A stretch of DNA of 61,912 nt, the filler included. It is 3 parts of 3 records of this genome, joined end to end, with 100 filler letters (N's around TTAATTAATTAA, not from the genome) between each part and the next. Parts side by side here need not be neighbours in the genome. Positions count along the whole stretch, not along the records: positions 1 to 29,646 come from DRR378314_291; 2 more parts are not named here. The stretch is one strand, 5' to 3'. Below are positions 1-10,810 of this stretch, one piece after another. The notes under the pieces are model-generated. The model was not told the DNA's origin and did no database searches. It was given only the letters and a program-made list of their open reading frames with translations. A program made the translations under genes and the position numbers. Within the stretch, counting starts at the first letter, position 1; every line of letters begins with the position of its first letter.

Positions 1-723
1 ACCTGGTGGCAGACCGAAACCGGCGGTCACTTGATGACCCCCCTGCCCGGTGCCCATGCCATGAAACCGGGCGCGGCGATGAAACCGTTTTTCGGGATCA
101 AACCTGTGGTGCTGGAACCCACATCAGCAGAAGAGCTGAAAGGCGATCCGGCGGAAGGGGTGCTGTGCATCACCGACAGCTGGCCCGGTCAGATGCGCAC
201 CATCTGGGGCGATCACGAACGTTTTGAGAAAACCTATTTCTCTGATTACCCCGGCTATTACTTCACCGGTGACGGCTGCAAACGCGACGCGGACGGCGAT
301 TATTGGATCACGGGCCGGGTGGATGACGTTATCAATGTTTCAGGCCACCGCATGGGCACCGCCGAAGTTGAAAGCGCGCTGGTTGCGCATGGCAAGGTCG
401 CAGAGGCGGCGGTTGTCGGCTACCCGCATGATATCAAGGGTCAGGGCATCTATTGCTATGTCACCTTGATGGGCGGTGAGGAACCTTCGGAAGAGCTGCG
501 CCTTGAATTGCGCAATTGGGTGCGGACGGAAATCGGCCCCATTGCTTCTCCCGATTTGATCCAATGGGCACCGGGCCTGCCAAAGACCCGCTCTGGCAAG
601 ATCATGCGCCGCATCCTGCGTAAAATCGCCGAAGATGACTTTGGCGCATTGGGTGATACATCGACGCTGGCAGAGCCTGCTGTGGTTGATGATCTGATCG
701 AAAACCGGATGAATCGCAAATAA
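1..723 (+). CDS. acs: Acetyl-CoA synthetase, 5'-truncated at window edge
   Basis: Frame open from base 1 (TWWQTETGG). Motifs [19 protein letters not shown] and [15 protein letters not shown]. Confidence 0.95.
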   Translation, partial: TWWQTETGGHLMTPLPGAHAMKPGAAMKPFFGIKPVVLEPTSAEELKGDPAEGVLCITDSWPGQMRTIWGDHERFEKTYFSDYPGYYFTGDGCKRDADGDYWITGRVDDVINVSGHRMGTAEVESALVAHGKVAEAAVVGYPHDIKGQGIYCYVTLMGGEEPSEELRLELRNWVRTEIGPIASPDLIQWAPGLPKTRSGKIMRRILRKIAEDDFGALGDTSTLAEPAVVDDLIENRMNRK

Positions 724-746
724 TCATCCCAATCCGCACAAAATCG

Positions 747-780
747 CCGCGATCCCGACCTGTTCTGGTCGGGGTCGCGG
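747..780. terminator. 14-bp GC-rich hairpin after acs (terminator or palindromic element)
   Basis: ccgcgatcccgacc-tgttct-ggtcggggtcgcgg with one G-U pair. No clear U-tract. Confidence 0.45.
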
Positions 781-876
781 TCTACATTTGATCCACTGTG
801 CATCTGGCGCATCAGAAAGGATCATACGTTGGGCATCTCTGGACAAATCATTACCGCCGTGTCACCGCAGGCCCGT

Positions 877-1383
877 ATGGACCGCGACATGACCCCCTTT
901 GACCCGTCTGATGGGCAGGCTTTGCGCAATGCTTTCGGGCGTTTTGGCACAGGTGTGACCGTGATCACCACGCAGACTGCACAGGGTCCGCTGGGGATGA
1001 CCGCCAATTCCTTTTCTTCGGTCTCGCTTACCCCACCTTTGGTGCTGTGGTCGGCTGCGCTGCAATCTAAACGTCATGACGCCTTTGCGCAGGCCGAGCA
1101 CTATTGCATCCAAATTCTGGGCGCGGATCAGCGGGATCTGGCAAACCATTTTGCCGGACAGGGGCATGATTTCACCGGCTTTGACTGGACCCACGGAACC
1201 AGCGGTGCCCCCGAGCTCGCCGGATGTCTGGCGGCCTTTCACTGCGAAAGATATGCGGTTCACCCGGCGGGGGATCATTCGATCATCGTCGGCCAGATCA
1301 CCCACGCCGCAGCCAGCGCCGGTCAAGGTGCGGGGCTGCTGTTTGATCAGGGCCGGTTTGGCACCTTCGCCGCACAGGGCTGA
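877..1383 (+). CDS. Flavin reductase-like protein (HpaC/RutF family)
   Basis: LRNAFGRFGTGVTVIT, GMTANSFSSVSLTPPLVLW and GDH motifs. Start codon uncertain. Confidence 0.9.
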   Translation: MDRDMTPFDPSDGQALRNAFGRFGTGVTVITTQTAQGPLGMTANSFSSVSLTPPLVLWSAALQSKRHDAFAQAEHYCIQILGADQRDLANHFAGQGHDFTGFDWTHGTSGAPELAGCLAAFHCERYAVHPAGDHSIIVGQITHAAASAGQGAGLLFDQGRFGTFAAQG

Positions 1384-1389
1384 TCCGCC

Positions 1390-4300
1390 TCAGTAATCCT
1401 TTTCAAAAAAGATCCCGATGCCGGAGTTACCATCCGAGCCCAGCGTCGCCTTGCCCTTGAGATGCGAGGTGATGTCTAGGTTCAGTGATACCTCACCGGT
1501 GCCATCTGACGCGGCAGTCACATCGGTATAGACATTGTCCGAGATATATTTCCCTGCACGCACCGCTGTTGCACCGTCATCGGTTGTTGTGACGTCCAGA
1601 TCGTCCAGCCCAAAGCCGGCCCGCAACTGGCTAATCACCCCCTTACCGCCGCGTCCGGCCAATGTGGCCACCGCATTGGCCAGCTGCAGCGCTTGCAGGG
1701 GCGAGATTTCAGACAGGTTACGACCAAACAGAAGCTGCGCCAAAACCTCGTCTTGCGGGGCTTCCGGCGTGGATTCAAATGACACTTCCGGCGCATCAGC
1801 AGCGCCTTCCACCACCACACGTACTTCACCGGTACGGGTCGCCGTAGCGGAAACAAAGCGGATATAGGGTACCAGATCGCCGCGGAACTGGATCGAGCCG
1901 TCGATCAGATCAAAACGTTTGCCCAGGATATCCAGCCGCCCACGCAGCAGATCAAACCGACCGGCGGAAATCACCCGGTTGGTGCTGCCTGTCACCGTCA
2001 ACGCGCCCCCCAGTTCTGCGTCAAGGCCACGCCCACGCACAAAGATGCGGTTGGGCGCGTTGACCCGCACGTTCAGGCCAAAGCCAGCCCCTGAACTTGC
2101 CGCCGGATCGGCACCACTGGTGACATTCTCAATCCCTGCCTTGCGCCGTGTTGCGATCACCGGACGGGTTGCACCGATATGGTTGATCGGTGGAATGTCC
2201 CCGATGCTGGTCAGCCCCGTCGATGGCACGCTGATTTCGGTTTCTCCGACATCAACCTGCCCCGATATCTGTGCCCCGCCGGTCAGTGGTCCTGCCAGAC
2301 GCAAGGCACCGCTGACTGAACTGCGGTAGAGTTTCGGATCGATCAAAACAATGTTCTGCAACCCGATGGCCAGATCCGCCGCCAATGCGCCGCCCAGCAC
2401 AATGCTGCCATTTACATTGAGGTTACCGCCGTTGGATGCCTGTCCGGTTACGTCAATCTGAGCGCGGTTGTTGGAAAGCCGGATGTCTGCCGCAATCCCT
2501 TGCAGGGCAACACGCAGGTTCGGCGCGGTAAATGTGGCGTTGGATGTCTGGATCGTCCCGGATACGGATGACAGGGACGGACGCCCGTTCACCGACAGGT
2601 CGAACCGCGCCAAGCCTTGCAGATCACGGGGGGCCAGAAACGGACGGCTAAGTCCCAGAGGGGCGGTGCCGATCGCATCCATGTTCAACGTCCCATCGGC
2701 GTTGACGCGCCCCGTCAGACGCGATTGCGTCCCCGCAGGACCCGTCGCATCGGACTGCACCACCCATGCATTACCTTGTTTTCGTGCGGAGCCTTGCAGG
2801 TTGAGCGGACCGTTCACCTTCTCCACCAATGCCCCGATATTGGGCATCGCAAAGGTGAAATCCACATTGGCCTGTGGTCCCGTCACTGTGCCGCGCACCG
2901 ATGCGCGCGATGCATATGGGCCGCTGGCCTCTGTATCGACGATAATGCCACGCGTGGTCTGGCGCAGCGTACCATTGGCGGCCAGTGGGCCATTGATCCC
3001 CGGTGCAAGCGGCGCGACATTTGGCACGGAGAGATCAAAGACCAGTTGCATGTTCGGCCCCGTCGCCACCCCCTCGACTGTGGCCTTGGCACCGTAAGGT
3101 CCGCTGGCTTGGGTATCGACCATGATCCCTGAGGGGGTCTGGCGCACCACACCCGAGGCCGCCAAGGACCCGTTGATACCCGGGGCAATGGGGGCAACAT
3201 TTGGCACCGCTACATCAAAGTTGAGCGCCATATTCGGCCCCGTGGCCAGCCCCTCAACCGTCGCCTTCGCACCGTAGGGACCACTGGCTTGGGTATCGAC
3301 AAAGAACCCATTCTCTGTCTGGCGCAACTGGCCGGTGGCATTCAGCGGACCAGACACCTGAGGCACCAAAGGCTGCACATCAGGCAAGGAAACATCGAAA
3401 TTCAAATCGACCGCAGGCGCAACCAGACCCTCAAGGCGGGCGCGGCTTTGATAGGGACCAGTCGCGTCGGTGGCGACCGACCAGCCATTCGGCCCGTTGC
3501 GCAGCGTACCTTTGGCGGTAACGGGGCCCTCGATCTGATCCGCGAAGGGTTTGACATCGGGCACGTCAGCGGTGAATTCAAGCACGGCATCGGGACCCGT
3601 TGCCAGCCCCTTGGCAGTCAGTGCCGCCCCATAGGGTCCATCTGTACTGGCATCCACGGACCAGCCGCGGCTGTCCTGGGTCGCGGTTGCACTGACCGTC
3701 ACTGGCCCTTCATATTGTGGCACCACCAATGAAATGTCGTTCAACCTGAAATCAGCCTGCGCGCTGCTGTCCTCAGTGCGCAACTGCGCGCCGCCGGTCA
3801 GGCTAAGCGCCTCATTCTCAAGCACCAGATCCCGCAGAACCGTGCCGTTCTCGTTACGTGTTGCGGCAAGGCTCAGGGTGGTGCGCCCGGCCATAACCGC
3901 ATCAGCCTGTTCAATGCCCAATGCCAGATCGGTGGTGCTGCCCTGCGCGGTGAGATCAAACTGCCCGCTCAGCAGCCCAGTCTCGCCCTGTAAAGCCAGT
4001 TCGGTCTGCCCGTCCAGCTCACGCCCGGCAAGGGCAGAAAAACGGCTGAGATCGCGCGCATCAAGGCGCGCATCCAATTGAGTGGACAAACCGGTATCAA
4101 TGCCGGAAATCTGCGCATTCCCCGTCAGCCCATAGTCATTGCCCGTCAAGGTCAGATCAGAAATCCGCAGCGGCTGATCTTCCACATAAAGAATATTTGC
4201 ACGGCCCTTGATGGCGCGGCCCAAGGCCTCGGCCAGGGCGGTGTCACGCGGGTTGAGACCCGCCATGTCAAAGGTGACATCCCCGTCGAACTGCCCGACA

Positions 4301-5544
4301 CGCCCCGCATCACCCAGCAGGGTCCCGTCAAGCGCAAGGGTCGTCTTTTCAATCGACAGATCCACCAGCGACAATTCGGTCATATCGAAGGTGGCTGAAA
4401 TCGCATCCCCGTTGCTGGCATCGTAATCCACCCGCAAATCAACCGCATTCACCGTTGTGCCATCGCCGCCCACAGGCAGCAGGATCGCACTGCCGTCCGG
4501 GTTTGCAATCTGCCCTGTGATGTCGATCAGCGTGGGCCATTTATCTGCGTTCAGGCTCAGCTTACCTGCCAGATCCGCAGCCTCTGTTTGCAGCGCGAAA
4601 TCCGCGATTTCAACCGCCCCATCCGCCTGTAACAGCGCATCAATCTTCAGGGCCACATCCTCGCCAAAGAAGGCCCGAAAACGCGGTGCCAGCAGTGCAG
4701 AGATGTCGCCACCAATATCGGCCTGAACACGCCGGTCCGGCGTTGCAGAGGCGCGGCGCGGGGTCTGCGCACTTAGGATGATCTGCCCGGCCAGCCGATC
4801 CTGACCTTCGGTTGCCACCTTCACATCCGCCGTAAAATCATCCAGCGGACCGGCACCGGCCACATTCAGGTTCACCGAGGGCTGGCCAGGAATATTCAGC
4901 AGCTTGGCCGCAATCCCCTCTTCCCCCTCGCTGAGGTTAAGCAGCAGATCAAGAATACTGTCGTCGCGGTTGAAATCCGCCTTGATCTCAAAGCTGCCGG
5001 GTTTCGCATCCGTGCGACTGGCCTGTAAATCAATTTTCCCCACATCATCGTTCAGCGTTGCAGCTGCCGTCACGGTCAGCTCTGCCGCCTCGCCCAAAAT
5101 CGGGGCCCCAAGGCTGATCCGGTCGATAGAAAAACGCTCAAGCAGGATCGAAACCGGCAAATCGGGCAAGCTGAACGGCGCGGCTTCAGCATCGGGCAAC
5201 GCCTCTGTTTCCGCGATCGGCAGCCGGGGCAGATCCAGCCGGCTGGCCGTCAATTGCTCCACCTCAAGGCGGCCGCGCAACAATGCCGAACGGTTCCAAT
5301 CCAGCACAACATTCTCCAGCGTCAGCCAGATGCCGTCTTCATCCGCGATGGTCATCCGCTGAAAACTTGCCTCAGAGCTGAGCGCGCCGAGAAAACCGTC
5401 GATGCTGACTGTGCGTCCCGCGCCGCTTAGCGCGTCCTGAATGGTGCGCGTCAGAAAGCTTTTGTCGTCATTCTGTGCAAATGCGGGAGAGATCACGCCC
5501 AGCGTGATGACAAAAGCGGTGACAAGGGAAATAAGGTAACGCAT
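1390..5544 (-). CDS. tamB: Translocation and assembly module TamB
   Basis: 1384 aa with N-terminal anchor, beta-rich body and C-terminal DUF490-like region (GRGLDAELGG ... GIFFEKDY). Directly downstream of tamA. Confidence 0.9.
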   Translation of the reverse strand: MRYLISLVTAFVITLGVISPAFAQNDDKSFLTRTIQDALSGAGRTVSIDGFLGALSSEASFQRMTIADEDGIWLTLENVVLDWNRSALLRGRLEVEQLTASRLDLPRLPIAETEALPDAEAAPFSLPDLPVSILLERFSIDRISLGAPILGEAAELTVTAAATLNDDVGKIDLQASRTDAKPGSFEIKADFNRDDSILDLLLNLSEGEEGIAAKLLNIPGQPSVNLNVAGAGPLDDFTADVKVATEGQDRLAGQIILSAQTPRRASATPDRRVQADIGGDISALLAPRFRAFFGEDVALKIDALLQADGAVEIADFALQTEAADLAGKLSLNADKWPTLIDITGQIANPDGSAILLPVGGDGTTVNAVDLRVDYDASNGDAISATFDMTELSLVDLSIEKTTLALDGTLLGDAGRVGQFDGDVTFDMAGLNPRDTALAEALGRAIKGRANILYVEDQPLRISDLTLTGNDYGLTGNAQISGIDTGLSTQLDARLDARDLSRFSALAGRELDGQTELALQGETGLLSGQFDLTAQGSTTDLALGIEQADAVMAGRTTLSLAATRNENGTVLRDLVLENEALSLTGGAQLRTEDSSAQADFRLNDISLVVPQYEGPVTVSATATQDSRGWSVDASTDGPYGAALTAKGLATGPDAVLEFTADVPDVKPFADQIEGPVTAKGTLRNGPNGWSVATDATGPYQSRARLEGLVAPAVDLNFDVSLPDVQPLVPQVSGPLNATGQLRQTENGFFVDTQASGPYGAKATVEGLATGPNMALNFDVAVPNVAPIAPGINGSLAASGVVRQTPSGIMVDTQASGPYGAKATVEGVATGPNMQLVFDLSVPNVAPLAPGINGPLAANGTLRQTTRGIIVDTEASGPYASRASVRGTVTGPQANVDFTFAMPNIGALVEKVNGPLNLQGSARKQGNAWVVQSDATGPAGTQSRLTGRVNADGTLNMDAIGTAPLGLSRPFLAPRDLQGLARFDLSVNGRPSLSSVSGTIQTSNATFTAPNLRVALQGIAADIRLSNNRAQIDVTGQASNGGNLNVNGSIVLGGALAADLAIGLQNIVLIDPKLYRSSVSGALRLAGPLTGGAQISGQVDVGETEISVPSTGLTSIGDIPPINHIGATRPVIATRRKAGIENVTSGADPAASSGAGFGLNVRVNAPNRIFVRGRGLDAELGGALTVTGSTNRVISAGRFDLLRGRLDILGKRFDLIDGSIQFRGDLVPYIRFVSATATRTGEVRVVVEGAADAPEVSFESTPEAPQDEVLAQLLFGRNLSEISPLQALQLANAVATLAGRGGKGVISQLRAGFGLDDLDVTTTDDGATAVRAGKYISDNVYTDVTAASDGTGEVSLNLDITSHLKGKATLGSDGNSGIGIFFEKDY
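2700..3720 (-). repeat. About six tandem ~60-aa (180-nt) repeats inside TamB
   Basis: Recurring VDTQASGPYGAKATVEGxATGPN...VPNVAP unit. DNA units starting at 2881, 3061 and 3241 align at a 180-nt period. Confidence 0.8.
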
Positions 5545-7364
5545 CAGAAGGATTGCCCGATGCCGATGTAAACCTGATAGTCCTCATCCGCTTCCGGTCC
5601 CGACGTTGGCACCGCAATGTCTACGCGAATAGGTCCGATGCCAGTGTTATAGCGCAGTCCCAGCCCTGCACCAGAATGCCATTTACCGGTGCCGTCATAA
5701 AACTCCTCGGCACCGACATAACCACCATCCACAAACCCAACTACGGAAAAGCTTTTGCTGACGGCCAGCCGCGCCTCCGCGGCCACTGCAAGGAAACTGC
5801 GTCCGCCGGTGATATTACCACCGCCCAGATCCACGCCCAGCGCCTGATAGGCCTGACCACGCACCGTGCCACCGCCGCCAGAGTAAAACAGGTAATCCGC
5901 AGGTGCCTGACTGAGATCAGGACCATAAACCGATCCCAATTGACCACGCAGGGCAAAGGTGACCGGGCGGGCCGTGCCAAAAGTACGATACACCCGCGCG
6001 TCCACTGAGGTGCGCAGCCCATTGTCCGATCCGCTAATCGCCAGAAACGGGGTCACACCCGCCTTGATGTAATAGCCACTGGTCGCGTTCAACGCATTGT
6101 CGCGATAGTCAAATTCAGCACTCAGCGGCAGGGTCAACAGGGTATATTCGTTTTCACCAAAGGCATCGCGCGTTTTGGCGCGGCGCAAACCGACACCCAA
6201 TGTATAGGTGCGTTCTTCGGAGGCGATCCGTTCAATCCCGGCTTCCAGATCCAACTGACGGGAGAAAAAGTTCACTTCGTCCAACTGCTCGATCTTGGCC
6301 AATGCATAAAAATCAGTGTCTTCATTAAAAGTTGCCGGGCGTTCGAACCGTGCAGACAAAGAATAATCCTCGCCACCAGAATTGCCGCCGATACCGGAAA
6401 CCTCGCCCGCGATGCGCAGCCGCTCCGCCCCGCCAAACAGGTTGCGGTGCAGCCAGAAGGCGCTGAGTGTCAAACCGTCAAGCGAGCCGAGTTCCGCCCC
6501 GTAGCCAAACCGGCGCGGCAGGGCTTCGACAACCTGCGCGGTAACCGGCAAGGTGGCATTCGGGCCAATATTGTCAGCTTCGATCAGAGCGACAGCGCTG
6601 AAAGCGCCGGTGCGGCGCAACCGCCCCGCAGCAAGGCGCAGCTCTTCTGGAGAATAAACCTCTCCCTCCGGCAAACCTGCGATGTCGATGATCCGTTCGG
6701 TACGTACCGCCTTATTACCTGAGACGCGCAAGCCACCAAACCGCAGCTTGGGACCGGGCGCAAGACGCAGGGTTGCATTGACGGTGCGGTCGGTGTGCTG
6801 CGCTGAAAGCTCCTGTGCGGCCAACTCTGCCTTGGCATGCCCCTGCCCGCGCCACCCGTCGATCCCTGCGGTCACGGTGTCTTTCAACACGCTGAGGCTG
6901 GCGGTCTGGCCGGTTGCAAACCCCTCCGGGATCTCTGTACCCGCGGCAACCGGTGCCATCTGGGCCTTGCCGAAACGAAACTGCGGACCGGTGTCCACCT
7001 TGATCACTGCCGTGGTGATCTGGCGTGGGGCCTGCACCGCCGGAATGGCAGCTGCATCCGTACCGTCCAGAGTAATCGTAATAATGGGGCCAAAATACCC
7101 CTCATCATAAAGCACGGCCAAAAGCCGCCCGTAATCCGCCTGCGCTGCGGCCACAACTTCCTGACTGCTTGGGGGGGCTTCTGCGCTGGATTGTTCGATC
7201 AACAAGGACCCGCCGGCAAGCGTGCGATAAAGATCACTGTCGGAGGGCACCCCGGTCAGGGTCACCTCGGCCGCAGACAGAAATCCAGCCGGAGAGATCA
7301 AAATCCCTGCCGCCCCTGCCCTGATCATAGATTTCAGATGCATTCGCACTACCACATTTACCAC
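5544..7364 (-). CDS. tamA: TamA, Omp85-family outer-membrane protein
   Basis: POTRA-like region, GGGGTVRGQAY loop motif, GPIRVDIA and C-terminal YIGIGQSF. Stop overlaps the tamB start. Confidence 0.92.
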   Translation of the reverse strand: MVNVVVRMHLKSMIRAGAAGILISPAGFLSAAEVTLTGVPSDSDLYRTLAGGSLLIEQSSAEAPPSSQEVVAAAQADYGRLLAVLYDEGYFGPIITITLDGTDAAAIPAVQAPRQITTAVIKVDTGPQFRFGKAQMAPVAAGTEIPEGFATGQTASLSVLKDTVTAGIDGWRGQGHAKAELAAQELSAQHTDRTVNATLRLAPGPKLRFGGLRVSGNKAVRTERIIDIAGLPEGEVYSPEELRLAAGRLRRTGAFSAVALIEADNIGPNATLPVTAQVVEALPRRFGYGAELGSLDGLTLSAFWLHRNLFGGAERLRIAGEVSGIGGNSGGEDYSLSARFERPATFNEDTDFYALAKIEQLDEVNFFSRQLDLEAGIERIASEERTYTLGVGLRRAKTRDAFGENEYTLLTLPLSAEFDYRDNALNATSGYYIKAGVTPFLAISGSDNGLRTSVDARVYRTFGTARPVTFALRGQLGSVYGPDLSQAPADYLFYSGGGGTVRGQAYQALGVDLGGGNITGGRSFLAVAAEARLAVSKSFSVVGFVDGGYVGAEEFYDGTGKWHSGAGLGLRYNTGIGPIRVDIAVPTSGPEADEDYQVYIGIGQSF

Positions 7365-7562
7365 ACCGCATGCCCGTTGATTTCATCAGCCGCCTGCATA
7401 CGGGCGCAGGCTGGTCTTATGTACGGATCTATTGCTTATCCACAAACGCCTAGCGTGAACCTGCCGTCAAGCACAAATAATCAAACCGTGATCGGCGGTT
7501 TTCCACTGTTTCGCCAGTTTTGACTTGCCCGGCAGCCATTTCAGATCGACGCAGACCGGCAC

Positions 7563-7916
7563 TCAGCCCTGATGCGCCAAAACGTTCAGCAATTTGCCCG
7601 CCGGATCATGAAGATAAAAGCGGCGCACCCCCCAGGGTTCATCGGTCAGGGGATAGAAGATTTCATGCCCCAGCGCCTGTGCCCGTTCATAAACCGCATC
7701 AACGTCCTCTACCTCAATCGAAAGGTCAGGCACCGGTGTGCCAGAGCCGCCCTCACTGGCAAAACTGATCTGGACCGGGGCGGTTTGCGCGCAAGACAGA
7801 GTCGCGATCCAGCCCATATCCATCACCACATCCAGATCAAACAGTGCAACGTAGAACTGTTGGAGTTCTTTCACGGAGGATGTGGCGACATTGGCAACGA
7901 TACGTTTGACGGTCAT
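7563..7916 (-). CDS. VOC / glyoxalase-bleomycin resistance family protein
   Basis: 117 aa with DLSIEVEDVDAVY and EPWGVRRFYLHDPAG. Confidence 0.85.
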   Translation of the reverse strand: MTVKRIVANVATSSVKELQQFYVALFDLDVVMDMGWIATLSCAQTAPVQISFASEGGSGTPVPDLSIEVEDVDAVYERAQALGHEIFYPLTDEPWGVRRFYLHDPAGKLLNVLAHQG

Positions 7917-7939
7917 GGCAGGTGTCCTTTCAGCAGAGA

Positions 7940-8782
7940 TTATGCGGCGCTTAATCCGATCAGGGCAATCCCCACGGCCATCAGGACTGCCGCAGTTAGA
8001 CGCCGAGCCAGATTGCCTTCTTTCAACAGGAAATACCCTATCAGCGTGGCAAAGATCACCGAAGTTTCACGCAAGGCCGAAACCGCCCCCAGTGGTGCGA
8101 AGTTTTTGGCATAAAGAACAAGTCCGTACGCGATCATCGATACGATGCCGCCGGTAAGGCCGATTGCCCAGACCCGCACCGGCAATTGCGCCAGAACCTC
8201 ACGCCTTTTCCAGCCTGCAAAACCAGCGATGAAAAGATGCAGAAACGCCCCCCACGCCCAATAGGAAAGCGTATCGCCGGACAGGCGCACGCCGATGCCA
8301 TCCACCACCGAATAGACCGAAATGCACATGCCGGTACAAAGCGACAGAACCAAAGCCGTGGCCCCGACACCAGAGCGAAGCGCGCGCCAGTTGCTGAGAA
8401 TGATGCCGGTGACAATCAACGCGATGCCGCCCCAGACGGGGGCTGGCAGCACCTCGTTCAGCAGCAAAAACGCCCAAAGCGACACCAAAGCGGGTACAAC
8501 ACCGCGGGCAATCGGATAGACCACACCAAGATCCCCATGCGCATAGGCGCGGCCCAGGAAATAGTAATACCCCCAATGCACCACGGTGGAGATCGCGATA
8601 TAGGGCATGCTTTGCATATTGGGCAGCGGCAGCACCACAATCATCACCATCGCGGGCAGCACCTGCCCCAAGGCGACCAACCCCAGCATTGTGGTCCGAT
8701 CAGCAGCTGTTTTGACAATGGCATTCCAGACCGCATGCAGCAGTGCTGCGCTCAGGATGATGGCAATGATGATGGGGGACAT
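7940..8782 (-). CDS. EamA/DMT family transporter
   Basis: About ten hydrophobic segments, LHAVWNAIVK, YPIARG and ALRETSVIFA. SD-like aaagg 5 nt before the ATG. Confidence 0.88.
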   Translation of the reverse strand: MSPIIIAIILSAALLHAVWNAIVKTAADRTTMLGLVALGQVLPAMVMIVVLPLPNMQSMPYIAISTVVHWGYYYFLGRAYAHGDLGVVYPIARGVVPALVSLWAFLLLNEVLPAPVWGGIALIVTGIILSNWRALRSGVGATALVLSLCTGMCISVYSVVDGIGVRLSGDTLSYWAWGAFLHLFIAGFAGWKRREVLAQLPVRVWAIGLTGGIVSMIAYGLVLYAKNFAPLGAVSALRETSVIFATLIGYFLLKEGNLARRLTAAVLMAVGIALIGLSAA

Positions 8783-8962
8783 CGGCACCTTTCAGGGGGT
8801 TTGGCCCGCGTGCGGGCCTTCTGTAAAGCGTCCTTCTTAGGCCGATTGGCGGCTAAGGTCATCACGGCATCTGCCATTTGGGTCAGGTTTATCGACAAGC
8901 CTCTTTCCACAACCCCTGATTTGCGCGTTAGCTGAAACGGTTTAGCAGGAAGGATTCGGCCT

Positions 8963-10516
8963 ATGTCCCGCCCAAAGAATGTGTTGTTCATCGTCATTGA
9001 CCAACTGCGTGCGGATTGCATCTTTGGTGCGCTGGCCGACCATGTGCAGACCCCGAACCTGACAGCGCTGATGGCGGATGCGGTCACTTTCAAACGGCAT
9101 TTTTCGGTTGTGAACCCCTGCGGGCCGTCACGCGCGTCCTTGTTGACGGGGCAATATGCAATGAACCACCGCTCTGTGCGCAATGGCACGCCGCTGCGCC
9201 ATGACATCCCCAATGTGGCGACAGAAATGCGCAAGGCGGGCTATCTTCCAATGCTGTTCGGCTATACCGACACAGCGCAGGATCCGCGTATCCTGCATGA
9301 GAACGATCCGGCGCTGCGAAGTTATGAATATCCGATGAACGGCTTTCACGAAACTGTCGAAATGCGCTTTGAGATGTCCTTTCCCTGGCGTTCACATCTG
9401 ATCAATCAGGGATATGATTTTGATACCTACGCAGATGTCTACAAACCTGTTGCCCCCGAAGGACGCAGCCCCCGCATCAATGATCCGGCCTTCTACCGCG
9501 CAGAGGACAGCGATACCGCCTTTCTCACCGATCGTTTTCTGGAGGTGATGCCCGCTTATGGCGACGCCAGCTGGTTCGCCCATCTGACCTATATCCGGCC
9601 TCACCCGCCGCTGGTCGCCCCTGCGCCCTACAATGACATGTATGATCCGGCCAGCCTGCCCCTGCCCAGACGGCTCGCCACGCCCGAGGATGAAATTGCG
9701 AACCATCCGTTCTTTGCTCCGACCATCGCGGCCAAAACCCCAGCGGGTAATGTTGTGGGCTTTCCCGATCTCGCCCCTTCAGATGAGACCATCCAAACCC
9801 TACGCGCGATCTACATGGGGTTGATCACCGAGGTGGATCTGCACATCGGGCGGGTTGTTCAATTCCTGAAAGACAGCGGACAATATGACGACACATTGCT
9901 GATTGTCACAGCGGATCATGGCGAGATGCTGGGCGATCATCATTGCTGGAGCAAATTCACCGTACATGACGCCGCCTTTCACACGCCGTTGATCATTCGC
10001 CAACCGGGTAACGCGGTGCATGCCGGTACGGAGGTCACCCAGCCGGTAGAAACCATCGACATCACCCCGACGATTCTTGACTGGGTTGGTCAGGAGGTGC
10101 CCAATTCGATGGACGGACGGTCCTTGCTGCCCCTGTTGGCGGGTGAGACGCCCGAGGATTGGCGCGATGCGTCTTTTTCTGAACTGGAGTTTTCAGAGCC
10201 TTTGGCCCCGACCCTGTGGGAGCAATCGCTAGGGACAAGCCCTGCCGATTCCTCCCTATGCATCCTGCGCGAAGACCGGTTCACATTGGTTGAATTTGCC
10301 GCCGATCTGCCACCCATCCTTTATGATCACGCAGCCGAAGGCGAAGCACAGAACGTAGCGCAAGAACCGGAATATCAGGCAGAGCTTGCCCGCCTGGGCC
10401 GCAAGATGCTGCGACACCGAATGAAAAACGCCGATCAGACGCTTTCCCTGATCAGCATCACGCCGGATGGCCCGGAAAATGTGCAGCGGCACAAAAGCAA
10501 TTTGCGTGAAAAATAG
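8963..10516 (+). CDS. Sulfatase-superfamily enzyme, phosphonate monoester hydrolase/phosphodiesterase (PMH)-like
   Basis: NVLFIVIDQLRAD, formylglycine motif CGPSRASLLTG, GYTDTAQDPR, YIRPHPP and TADHGEMLGDH. These segments match PMH-type enzymes as recalled from memory. Confidence 0.8.
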   Translation: MSRPKNVLFIVIDQLRADCIFGALADHVQTPNLTALMADAVTFKRHFSVVNPCGPSRASLLTGQYAMNHRSVRNGTPLRHDIPNVATEMRKAGYLPMLFGYTDTAQDPRILHENDPALRSYEYPMNGFHETVEMRFEMSFPWRSHLINQGYDFDTYADVYKPVAPEGRSPRINDPAFYRAEDSDTAFLTDRFLEVMPAYGDASWFAHLTYIRPHPPLVAPAPYNDMYDPASLPLPRRLATPEDEIANHPFFAPTIAAKTPAGNVVGFPDLAPSDETIQTLRAIYMGLITEVDLHIGRVVQFLKDSGQYDDTLLIVTADHGEMLGDHHCWSKFTVHDAAFHTPLIIRQPGNAVHAGTEVTQPVETIDITPTILDWVGQEVPNSMDGRSLLPLLAGETPEDWRDASFSELEFSEPLAPTLWEQSLGTSPADSSLCILREDRFTLVEFAADLPPILYDHAAEGEAQNVAQEPEYQAELARLGRKMLRHRMKNADQTLSLISITPDGPENVQRHKSNLREK

Positions 10517-10810
10517 AATCCGTTGACTTAGCTCTGATAATATTAACTACTGTTTCCATCTACTGGGGTAATTCATATCAATTCGTGCACAAGCGCCCGA
10601 TACAGGCCGTCATTGCTGCGAGGGCCGCATTTCCGATGCGGGACACCTTGCCGTTCGTCTGGCAGTTAGAATGCTGCGCACAGATCATAAAACCATTACA
10701 GCCCCCGGATACCTCCAGATTGCCACCCCCATTTCGGGGATGATGCACAAGGGCACAAAGCCCGGCGACCCAATCACGCAATAAGCGTGATAACCAACAA
10801 GGAGACACCA

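Noticed and set aside
7563-7916. ArsI-type C-As lyase linked to the Sec locus
   Set aside because: It lacks the vicinal Cys-Cys pair of ArsI and looks like a generic VOC protein.
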